DNA of 64,000 bases, from positions 1 to 64,000 of IMG/VR virus record IMGVR_UViG_3300031576_000023; one strand, 5' to 3'. This DNA is from a virus. The notes beneath the pieces were generated by a model that was not told the DNA's origin, did not search any database, and worked only from the letters and a program-made list of their open reading frames with translations. A program made the position numbers and the translations under genes. Shown here one piece after another: positions 1 to 8,180 of the stretch (positions are counted from its first letter, which is position 1; the number at the start of each line of letters is the position of its first letter).

Positions 1-105
1 GGCGCAAGCGGCTCGTGGGGCCTGTTGGATCACATGTACGCGGACGAGGGCGCCAGCGTGAAGTGGAAGGCGTTAATCGGGGTTTGAGGCTGGAGGTACG
101 GAAGG

Positions 106-1461
106 ATGGCGCAACAGACGTACAAGGTAGTCTCTCTATTCTCTGGCGCAATGGGCTTGGACATTGGCCTTGAACGGACCAGCCGGTTCAAGGTTGTTGC
201 CTCTGTTGAGAAAGAACCCGCATTCTGCGAGTCCATTCGTGCGAATCAGAAGGCGGGCCGCCTTGCTCGCAATTTGGAACTGTTCCCGGTTCCTATCGAA
301 GACCTGGATCCGCAAGAGATTTTGGACCGAACGGGGCTCAAGCCTGGAGAGCTTGACGTGCTCGTTGGTGGTCCGCCTTGCCAGTCGTTCAGCACAACTG
401 GGCGACGGCGGACCACGCAAGACCAGCGCGGAACTATGATTTGGCAATTCCTGCGATTGGTTGAAGTGCTGCGCCCGCGGTTCTTTCTGATGGAAAACGT
501 GCGCGGCCTCTTGTCCGCCGCGCTTCGACATCGGCCGACAGCCGAGTGGCCCGACAAGGGCGGACCGGCACTGAAGCCTGATGAACGGCCAGGATCGGTA
601 GTTCGCGCCTTTGCGGAAGACGTACAGCGGCTTGCGGATGGTTCCTATCACATGGATTGTTTTGTGGTAAACGCCGTCAACTACGGCGCGCCACAACTTC
701 GTGAACGCGCTTTGTTCATTGGAAACCGATTCAATGCTGTGGTTGACTTTCCAGGTCCGACGCATGGGCCGCGCATCGAATCGAGTGGACCGCAAAAGCT
801 ATTCAATGGATTTGATTCGGAAGCATTTCAGCCGTGGCGAACTTTGCGGGATGCCATAGGAGATTTGCGCGAAGCCGAGCCAACTGTCTTGGACTTTAGC
901 CCGCGCAAGAAAGGCTACTTGGCGATGGTTCCGCCGGGGTCCAACTGGCGGAGCCTGCCGGTTGAAGTGCAAAAGGAATCAATGGGGGCGGCTTGGCGTG
1001 CAAAGGGCGGGCGTTCTGGCTGGTGGCGACGCCTTAGTTTCGACTTGCCTTGCCCTACACTATTGACCATGCCGAACCATGCGGGAACTTCCCTTTGCCA
1101 TCCTACCGAAGTTCGCGCCCTCAGCCTGAAAGAGTACGCCAGAATCCAAGAGTTTCCCGATGCTTGGGAATTCTGTGGGACAACCGCAGAGAAGTACGCG
1201 CAAGTTGGGAATGCGGTGCCTGTTCGCCTCGGGCGCGTCGGTGGCGAAGTGATCGCGGCACAACTGGACGAGCTTCAGCGGCGAAAGTGGAAACCTGCGG
1301 CCATAAAGCCGGAAACGTACCGCATTCAGTACGTGCAATCTCACGTCCGAACGCGGCAATGGTTCAAGGGCGGCGACACTTTTGTTTGGTCCGATGGGGA
1401 CAACAATGGTCACGCAACCTATGCCGCGCCGAAAACGAAGCGTAAAACTAAGAAGATTTGA
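106..1461 (+). CDS. dcm: DNA (cytosine-5)-methyltransferase, apparently orphan
   Basis: Motif I SLFSGAMG, catalytic GGPPCQSFS, ENV, QLRER, RALSLKEYARIQEFPD, YAQVGNAVP; GGAGG RBS upstream. Confidence 0.96.
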   Translation: MAQQTYKVVSLFSGAMGLDIGLERTSRFKVVASVEKEPAFCESIRANQKAGRLARNLELFPVPIEDLDPQEILDRTGLKPGELDVLVGGPPCQSFSTTGRRRTTQDQRGTMIWQFLRLVEVLRPRFFLMENVRGLLSAALRHRPTAEWPDKGGPALKPDERPGSVVRAFAEDVQRLADGSYHMDCFVVNAVNYGAPQLRERALFIGNRFNAVVDFPGPTHGPRIESSGPQKLFNGFDSEAFQPWRTLRDAIGDLREAEPTVLDFSPRKKGYLAMVPPGSNWRSLPVEVQKESMGAAWRAKGGRSGWWRRLSFDLPCPTLLTMPNHAGTSLCHPTEVRALSLKEYARIQEFPDAWEFCGTTAEKYAQVGNAVPVRLGRVGGEVIAAQLDELQRRKWKPAAIKPETYRIQYVQSHVRTRQWFKGGDTFVWSDGDNNGHATYAAPKTKRKTKKI

Positions 1462-1543
1462 GGAATGGGTGCAATGGCACGGCGACGCGCAGCAGGCAAC
1501 GAGCTGTTTGACGTTTGCAGTTAACACCACAAAAAGGAGAATC

Positions 1544-1843
1544 ATGCAACGCACAAAGACGCCAGACGAACAAGGCTGGTATTGGATCGAGGATGCCTGC
1601 GGCGGTTGGTCGATGGGCTGCTTGCTGCTCAACCACGATGAACCGCTGCTGCTATTGGCAGACGAGGCGCCACGCCCGCCGGCGGAACTGACGCATTACA
1701 CGGAACGCGATGGCGTGTGGTGCGACATGAGTGAGTACAACGACCTGCGCCCAGAAGCGATCCGCCCTGTGCGATGGATCGGTCCTCTTGGATGCCCAGG
1801 CGGCGATTTTCACGAGAATATCGCGGAAACGGCCTGCCCATGA
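1544..1843 (+). CDS. Hypothetical protein
   Basis: ATG at 1544 just after AGGAGA; in frame with listed ORF 1382..1843. Confidence 0.6.
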   Translation: MQRTKTPDEQGWYWIEDACGGWSMGCLLLNHDEPLLLLADEAPRPPAELTHYTERDGVWCDMSEYNDLRPEAIRPVRWIGPLGCPGGDFHENIAETACP

Positions 1844-2025
1844 ATGGTGGCTCAGACCAGCAACGCTCGCAGCTCGTCATGCTGCGAGCCAAGCTCCATG
1901 AAATCCGCGATCTGTGCAACAGGTGCGACGATAAATTCGTGCAGACGACCGTGCAAGAACTGGCGCGGAAAATCCGCGCGATTATCGACCGACCGGAGAA
2001 ATACGCAAGCGACCGAGAAGATTGA
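1840..2025 (+). CDS. Small hypothetical protein
   Basis: ATGA overlap with upstream gene; helical; ends DRPEKYASDRED. Confidence 0.5.
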   Translation: MNGGSDQQRSQLVMLRAKLHEIRDLCNRCDDKFVQTTVQELARKIRAIIDRPEKYASDRED

Positions 2026-2487
2026 GGCAACGGGCTTCAAGAAACGGTTGGTGGTGTTCGCTTCTTGGGTCTGGAGGAAGAGTGGGTGACAGTATGACCG
2101 AAACCAAAGCCTTCATCGACGCCTGCTGTAGACGTTGCCATGCCAGAATCGGCTGGTACGGAACCGTTCTAGAGCATCCCGGTTGTCCTCGCTGCGGATG
2201 GAAGCCAGACCAGGCGAACCTCAAAGCCGATCACGAGGAAATGGTCAACTTCCGTGAGCTACTGGTCGAACTGCGGCACGCAAATCCTAAATGGGACAAG
2301 TGGCAGAAAGCCAGAGTTGCTGCCGGTCTGACATTGCGGCAAGCGGCAAAACTGTTGGAGATTACACCAACAACGCTTTCGGAGATCGAGCGAGGCGAGA
2401 ACAGGCCGTCAGAGGCATTGGCGGGAAGAATGGCAAGATGCTACGGCGACCGACCGGAGAAATACGACCTAGAAGATTGAGGAAACC
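1986..2487 (+). repeat. Imperfect ~40 bp direct repeat flanking the Zn-finger/HTH gene
   Basis: CGACCGACCGGAGAAATACG identical at 1986-2005 and 2447-2466, each followed by GACC(G/T)AGAAGATTGAGG(C/A)AAC; shorter copy AGAAGATTTGAGGA at 1451-1464. Confidence 0.85.
2094..2480 (+). CDS. Zn-ribbon + XRE-family helix-turn-helix protein
   Basis: CCRRC...CPRC followed by AGLTLRQAAKLLEITPTTLSEIERGENRPS (classic XRE HTH). Confidence 0.8.
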   Translation: MTETKAFIDACCRRCHARIGWYGTVLEHPGCPRCGWKPDQANLKADHEEMVNFRELLVELRHANPKWDKWQKARVAAGLTLRQAAKLLEITPTTLSEIERGENRPSEALAGRMARCYGDRPEKYDLED

Positions 2488-3783
2488 ATGAATCATCGCC
2501 TTGCCATTCAGCAGCTTGAATCCCGCGACTTGCTCACGAACTTTCTGGTGATTCTGACCGACGACCAGCGGGTGGATACTCTGGCCGTCATGCCGAAAAC
2601 CACGGCCATTCTTGGGAGCAGCTACAGCGAGGCCCGTGTGACTACGCCTCTCTGCTGCCCTTCGCGGGCCAGCATCTTGACCGGCCGATATGCACACTCG
2701 CATGGCGTGCACAGCAACGCGGGGGCTGAAGGCGGGTTCGCCGCCTTTGACGACTCGCTAACGATCGCCACGGCCCTTGACGCAGCCGGCTACAATACGG
2801 GGTTGATCGGGAAGTATCTCAACGGCTACCCGAAAGCCAGCCCGCCTTACGTACCGCCAGGCTGGGACACCTGGCGAGCCTTCTCGGGCACCGCGAAGTA
2901 TTACAATTATGTGCTGACGAATGTGGTGGACGGGGTTGTCGGGCCGAACGAGTCACATGGGATTCTTGCGGCTGATTATTCGACGGACGTGATTTCCGCA
3001 AAGGCCGTGGACTTTATCATGGCTGCTGAGACCAATGACGCACAGCCTTGGTTTCTGTACGTGGCGCCTAATGCTCCGCACGGACCCTATACACCAGCGC
3101 CAAGGCACGTCGGAGTGAACGTATCTTTGCCGCCACAGCCACCGTCGTTCAACGAAGCCGATGTATCCGATAAGCCAGCCTGGGTTCAAGCCCTGCCGTT
3201 ACTGAACGACTCGGAAATTTCAAGAACCAATAAGAACCGCAAGAACGTCCTGCGAATGCTCATGGCCGTGGATGACATGGTGCAGACGATCCACGCGGCT
3301 TTACAGGCGAACGGAGAGCTTGCTGATACACTCATTATCTACACGAGCGACAATGGTTACCAGTGGGGCGAACATCGGCACAGAGGCAAGGACGCTCCCC
3401 ATGAGGAAAGCCTGCGAGTACCGTTCCTGACGAATGCACTTGTTGCTGATCTCTCGGCTTTGGTATTGAACATCGACATCGCTCCCACCTTGGCGGCCGC
3501 GGCTGGGATCAGCATGCCAGGCGCGCACGGCGAGAATATCTTGGACGGCGTGAGTCGGACGGATTTCCTGATAGAGGGTTGGTCAAAAGTGGTCGAGGGT
3601 AAACCCGCCGTGGTGTACGTGGGCCTGCACACCGGTGGTACTGTGTTTGTTGATTACATGACTGGTGAGGTAGAATACTACGACCTGGCCGCCGATCCTT
3701 ACCAGCTCGTCAGCGACCCGCTGGCGGTGGATGTGGCGGCCAAACGGGTGAGGATCGCGCAGCTCCTACTGGAGACGCCATAG
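2488..3783 (+). CDS. Formylglycine-dependent sulfatase (GlcNAc-6-sulfatase-like) with planctomycete export motif
   Basis: ILTDDQ, TTPLCCPSRASILTGRY (CxPxR), GKYLNGY, PHGP, TSDNG, NIDIAPT, EYYDLAADPYQL; N-terminal HRLAIQQLESRDLL resembles the planctomycete RRLxxExLExRxLL signal. Confidence 0.93.
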   Translation: MNHRLAIQQLESRDLLTNFLVILTDDQRVDTLAVMPKTTAILGSSYSEARVTTPLCCPSRASILTGRYAHSHGVHSNAGAEGGFAAFDDSLTIATALDAAGYNTGLIGKYLNGYPKASPPYVPPGWDTWRAFSGTAKYYNYVLTNVVDGVVGPNESHGILAADYSTDVISAKAVDFIMAAETNDAQPWFLYVAPNAPHGPYTPAPRHVGVNVSLPPQPPSFNEADVSDKPAWVQALPLLNDSEISRTNKNRKNVLRMLMAVDDMVQTIHAALQANGELADTLIIYTSDNGYQWGEHRHRGKDAPHEESLRVPFLTNALVADLSALVLNIDIAPTLAAAAGISMPGAHGENILDGVSRTDFLIEGWSKVVEGKPAVVYVGLHTGGTVFVDYMTGEVEYYDLAADPYQLVSDPLAVDVAAKRVRIAQLLLETP

Positions 3784-5946
3784 ATGGCTCACAACACGAT
3801 TTTAACTCTGGGGACCACCGGCGACACGATGGTCACGGTGGACCTGTCGCTGGCTACATACCCCAGCGCGACAGGCAAGGCTCCCGTCTCCTGTATTTAC
3901 GTCAGTGCGAATGCTACGACCGCCCCTACGGCATGCCTGCCGACGAACCCGCTAGCCATCCGTTTATGCGGAGCGTCTGGTTTTTCTGATGCCGTGACGG
4001 AGGCCAGTGGCACAGCAATCAAAACGGCCGTCGAGCTGCTTGACGATGCGGTAGCAACCGTTGCCGCGGCCGTGCCGACGAAGGGCGTAGCCGCAGCGGG
4101 CACGGATGGCACGAATGCGCGGCTGCTCAAGACCGACGCCAGCGGTGAGCTGCAAATCGACGTGCTCACCTTGCCCGCACTGGTTGCCGGGACAGCCAAT
4201 ATCGGCGACGTGGATGTGTTGACGGTTCCGGCCGATCCATTTGGACTGAACGCCGACGCGGCGTCCGCTACCGGCAGCATTAGCGCCAAGCTCCGCCATC
4301 TTGCAGCCACAGGCATTGCCGGTGCTACGTCTCTCCCAGGAGGTACGAACAATATCGGGGACGTCGACGTGCTCACGCTGCCCAGCACGACGAACGCCGG
4401 GGCAACAGTGAAGACGAGCGACTTCGACACCGGAGTCGGCACGGACACGGTTACGATGTTCGGCCTGGCGCTTCCGGCGTCCGGCGGCGCCGTGGCCGGC
4501 GGAACGAGCACGAACCCAGTGCGGACCGATCCAACGGGCACGACGACGCAGCCAGTTTCAGGTACTGTCGCCGTTACGGGAGTCGCGACTCTTTCCGAAC
4601 AGCAAACTCAGACGACGGCGCTGCAACTTCTGGACGACGTGGTGGCCACGGACGGATCGGCCGTCGTCGCGAAACTGCTTCAGGTTGGCGGTACGGATGG
4701 CACGAACGCGCAGACGTTCTCCGTCGATACAGCGGGCCGGCTCAACGTCAACAATGTGGCCGGGACCGTCAGCCTCCCGACTGGCGCGAGTACGCTGGCC
4801 GAGCAGCAGACACAAACAACCGCCCTGCAACTGATCGACAACCTTGTCTTGATCGAGGACGCGGCCCACGTCAGTGGCGATTCTGGCGTGCAAATGCTGG
4901 CGGTTCGCAAGGACGCTGGCGCGGCTATCGCTGGGACGGACGGGGACTATTCTCCGCTCCAGGTGGACGCCAGCGGAAACTTGCGAGTGACCGGCGGCGG
5001 TGGCGGAACGCAGTTCGCGGAGGATGCAGTTCATGCAACCGGCGACCTCGGGACTATGGCTCTAGGGGTGCGCAAGGACACTGCTACGGCTCTAGCCGGG
5101 CTGGACGGCGACTACATCCCGTTTATCTTCGACTCGACCGGCCGCGTCCATGCGAACGTGAGCAACACGGTGACCGTAGACACGGAGCTACCAGTTGCCG
5201 CCGCGCTTGCCGACGCAGCGGGCAACCCAACGACGGCGCTCATAGGCGGCTGCCTGCACGTGTTCAACGGGACTACATGGGACCGCGCGCGGGGGGACAC
5301 GACAAACGGGTTGGACGTGGACGTGACGCGCTTGCCGGCATTGGTCGCCGGCTCGGCGAACATCGGCGACGTGGACGTTCTGACGCTGCCAGCGCTCGTT
5401 GCAGGGACCGCGAACATCGGTGGTGTAGCAGGGGACGTGGCCCACGACGGCGTGAACAGCGGCAACCCGTTCCAGCTTGGGGCCGAGGCGATCGCCCACG
5501 GCACGAATCCCACGGCCGTTGCGGCCGGCGACCGCACCAAGTTATACGCCAACCGCGCCGGGGTATTGTTCTTCATCGGAGGGCATCCGAACGTGCAGAC
5601 GTTTCGTCTGCGTTGGACTGCCGCACAAACAGACGTGGCTCTTGCGACCGTGGCGGCCGGGCTGAAGATCGTCGTCACGTCCAGCACGCTTACCATGGAC
5701 GAGGCGACAACCGTCGGCGTGGCGGTGCGCGTCGGGTTCGGTGCCGTGACGACTCCAGCTAACACGGCCACGAGCGGTGTCGTTCTGGACCACGACGGGA
5801 CCATCCCCGGCGGCGGGCTGCATCGCGGGGACGGCGCTGGAATCCTTGGGATCGGGGCCGACGGAGAGGACTTGCGCGTCACTGCCGAAGCGCCCACGAC
5901 CGGCAGCGCGATCATTTATGGCTCGTTTTACACGGTCGAATCGTAG
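3784..5946 (+). CDS. Repeat-rich Ala/Thr/Gly virion fibre or decoration protein
   Basis: NIGDVDVLT x3 plus a variant, EQQTQTTALQL x2, GTDGTNA x2, EDAxHxxGDxGxxxLxVRKD...DGDY x2; starts directly after the sulfatase stop. Confidence 0.6.
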   Translation: MAHNTILTLGTTGDTMVTVDLSLATYPSATGKAPVSCIYVSANATTAPTACLPTNPLAIRLCGASGFSDAVTEASGTAIKTAVELLDDAVATVAAAVPTKGVAAAGTDGTNARLLKTDASGELQIDVLTLPALVAGTANIGDVDVLTVPADPFGLNADAASATGSISAKLRHLAATGIAGATSLPGGTNNIGDVDVLTLPSTTNAGATVKTSDFDTGVGTDTVTMFGLALPASGGAVAGGTSTNPVRTDPTGTTTQPVSGTVAVTGVATLSEQQTQTTALQLLDDVVATDGSAVVAKLLQVGGTDGTNAQTFSVDTAGRLNVNNVAGTVSLPTGASTLAEQQTQTTALQLIDNLVLIEDAAHVSGDSGVQMLAVRKDAGAAIAGTDGDYSPLQVDASGNLRVTGGGGGTQFAEDAVHATGDLGTMALGVRKDTATALAGLDGDYIPFIFDSTGRVHANVSNTVTVDTELPVAAALADAAGNPTTALIGGCLHVFNGTTWDRARGDTTNGLDVDVTRLPALVAGSANIGDVDVLTLPALVAGTANIGGVAGDVAHDGVNSGNPFQLGAEAIAHGTNPTAVAAGDRTKLYANRAGVLFFIGGHPNVQTFRLRWTAAQTDVALATVAAGLKIVVTSSTLTMDEATTVGVAVRVGFGAVTTPANTATSGVVLDHDGTIPGGGLHRGDGAGILGIGADGEDLRVTAEAPTTGSAIIYGSFYTVES

Positions 5947-5955
5947 GAGGAATAC

Positions 5956-6294
5956 ATGTCGGTAGTCGAACTAGCGAACGCCGCTCTCACACTTGATTCC
6001 GTAGAGGAGCGGTTGAAGGCTAGGCTGGCGGCCCTCGAAGCGGCACGAGCCGAGGAGGCTGCCCTGCAAGCCAAGATCGTGTCGGTGCGCTCTATGCTTT
6101 TGTCTGTCGTCGAGGAGTACGGTCTTAAACGGCTGGAATGCGAACGCCATTACCTGGAGGCAGCCACCCGCGTGGAGAAAGAATACGCTGAGAAAGTCGC
6201 CGGCTTTAAGCGCCACGTCGCGGAACTGAGAGCCAGCGCGGAGTCAGCTAGGGCTGCGCTGGCGGAGATCAAAAAGGCGGCGGATGTCCCGTAA
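5956..6294 (+). CDS. Coiled-coil hypothetical protein
   Basis: AGGAGG RBS; heptad-rich E/A/L/K sequence. Confidence 0.7.
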   Translation: MSVVELANAALTLDSVEERLKARLAALEAARAEEAALQAKIVSVRSMLLSVVEEYGLKRLECERHYLEAATRVEKEYAEKVAGFKRHVAELRASAESARAALAEIKKAADVP

Positions 6295-6964
6295 CTTCAA
6301 CGGTGCGAACGACGTAATCAACTACGGCAGCGATGCCTCGATCGACAACTTTGCGCAGAAGTCAATCGGTTTATGGCTGCAAAGATCATCTATCGACACG
6401 AATGATTTTATCTTTGGGAAGGACAGGGCTATTGCCAATTGGGGCTGCACTATTCGCGGTGCCGCAGCGCCGGCAAACGTATTTAGCTTCGAGCACGGAT
6501 TTTCAGTCACGGATGGTGAATGGAGGGCGAGTACGGTAATTTCCACCGGCGTGCTGCACCACGTTGTGATCACCTATAACAACGCATCAATCCTGAATGA
6601 TCCAGTGGTGACGATCAATGGTATCGATGACACGATTACGGAAGCAACATCGCCGGCTGGGGCGGCTGATTCGGATGCGACGCCGAATTTGCTGCAAGGT
6701 GAGAACGGCGGAGGAGTGGCGGACTTCGGCGGTGATATGGGTTGGCTTGTGTACGCGAGCGGAATCTGGGACGCCGCGCAGAAGAACCGCCATCGCTGGT
6801 GGGGCACTCCGGGCGGGGCGGTTGCGCTGAACCACCCGCTAGTGACCAGCAACCTCACGAACAAGGGGACCGCCACTGCCAACGGAACGGCGACCGGAAC
6901 CACGATGAGCAGTATTCCGCGCGTTGAGCGTAACTTGGGAACCATGATGGGCTGCGGGAGGTGA
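6284..6964 (+). CDS. LamG / concanavalin-A-like lectin domain protein
   Basis: RNFNGANDVI, SIGLWL, LHHVVITYN, VTING, FGGDMGWLVY pattern typical of LamG jelly-roll domains. Confidence 0.75.
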   Translation: MSRNFNGANDVINYGSDASIDNFAQKSIGLWLQRSSIDTNDFIFGKDRAIANWGCTIRGAAAPANVFSFEHGFSVTDGEWRASTVISTGVLHHVVITYNNASILNDPVVTINGIDDTITEATSPAGAADSDATPNLLQGENGGGVADFGGDMGWLVYASGIWDAAQKNRHRWWGTPGGAVALNHPLVTSNLTNKGTATANGTATGTTMSSIPRVERNLGTMMGCGR

Positions 6965-7155
6965 GCTTGGGGTTCATCACGGTCTACATGGGAATCTACG
7001 GGGGCGGCGGGACTGTCGCGGCGATCGCCGGGTCGGTGGACGGCGTCGTCGGAGTAAGACCGACCGTGTTCGGGGTGCCGAGCGTGAGGCCCACGGTGTT
7101 CGGGGTGGTCGGCGCCCGCCCGACGCCATACGGAGTGGTGGGGAAAGACCCATGA
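6961..7155 (+). CDS. Small protein with 10-aa repeats (GVxxVRPTVF)
   Basis: GTGA overlap with upstream gene; three ~30 bp repeat units. Confidence 0.5.
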   Translation: MSLGFITVYMGIYGGGGTVAAIAGSVDGVVGVRPTVFGVPSVRPTVFGVVGARPTPYGVVGKDP

Positions 7156-7454
7156 TCTTGATTGGCGCTGACAACGACGTGTATTGGGACGCGCTGCGGT
7201 TCTCCAAGAACGGCACGTACATCAATGACGCCACGATGACTTTCACGCTCAAGGACTCCGCCGGGGTAAACGTGACCGGGGCCGTCAGCGTGGCCATGAC
7301 CTACCAGACGGCCTCGAACGGCGACTACGTGGGGGTGCTTCCAAGCAGTGTCACGGCCGCGCTTACGGATGGGGCGGCGTATGAGTTCGTGATCACAGCC
7401 ACGAACTACAACCTGCAACGGCGCAAGTGGGACGTGGCCGGGAAGTCCGCGTAA
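7152..7454 (+). CDS. Hypothetical beta-rich (Ig-like) virion protein
   Basis: ATGA coupling; INDATMTFTLKD...GDYVGVL pattern. Confidence 0.55.
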   Translation: MILIGADNDVYWDALRFSKNGTYINDATMTFTLKDSAGVNVTGAVSVAMTYQTASNGDYVGVLPSSVTAALTDGAAYEFVITATNYNLQRRKWDVAGKSA

Positions 7455-7502
7455 CAAGCCGACCACCAAGCACCAAACGTATCGCCGTGATATATTTGGT
7501 CT

Positions 7503-8180
7503 ATGGGAGCGATTGACCCGCAAGTTGCGCTTTCGCTGGAAGACCGCCGCACAAAGGTCGCAGACCTCTACTGCCGCGGCTACCGGATCAACGACATCGC
7601 GTCCTTGATCCCAACCGGCCTGCACCAGATACAGAACGATTTGGAGCACATTCGCTCCGAGTGGCGCGTCAGCCGTATAAGGGACCTAGACGCGCACATG
7701 GAGGAGGAGCTAGCGAAGATCGACAACCTGGAGCGCCAGGCGTGGGCGGAATGGGAGCGCAGCCAGAAGGACGCCGAACAGACGCGGATGCGGCAGAAGA
7801 CCAAACCTGGAGATCAGCCGGTGGTCAGCGAGCAAGAGGCGGTGAAGGTCAAGACCGGCCGCCTCGGCGACCCGCGGTATCTCGAACGGGTGGCCTGGTG
7901 TATCGCCAAGCGCTGCGAGCTGCTGGGCCTGGACCCGGAGAAGCGGCTGCATATCACCGGCTCGGTCGCCGCCATCACGCTGCAGGACATGATCGGCATG
8001 ATCGAGGGCAAGCGGGCGACGGTCGTGGACGACGAGTACGTCACGCTCGCGATCGAGAACCTCGTCAAGAAAGCCGAGCAGCTCACGGCGCTGACTGACG
8101 CTGCGCTGTCCGAGGACGGGTCTGCCAACGGTCAGCCAGAGGAGCCTGACCTTGGCGGCGAGGAGAACGGTGCGCCATGA
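7503..8180 (+). CDS. Putative terminase small subunit (N-terminal HTH)
   Basis: RRTKVADLYCRGYRINDIA HTH, coiled coil, GDPRYL...RCELLGLD; directly upstream of and overlapping TerL. Confidence 0.7.
   Translation: MGAIDPQVALSLEDRRTKVADLYCRGYRINDIASLIPTGLHQIQNDLEHIRSEWRVSRIRDLDAHMEEELAKIDNLERQAWAEWERSQKDAEQTRMRQKTKPGDQPVVSEQEAVKVKTGRLGDPRYLERVAWCIAKRCELLGLDPEKRLHITGSVAAITLQDMIGMIEGKRATVVDDEYVTLAIENLVKKAEQLTALTDAALSEDGSANGQPEEPDLGGEENGAP

Noticed and set aside
106-2480. Complete type II restriction-modification system
   Set aside because: No adjacent restriction endonuclease recognised downstream; the upstream gene is truncated by the window edge, so only an orphan MTase can be supported.
4150-5420. 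DNA repeats in the fibre gene as possible DGR template/variable repeats
   Set aside because: Differences are mainly synonymous rather than adenine-specific, and no reverse transcriptase is present in the window.
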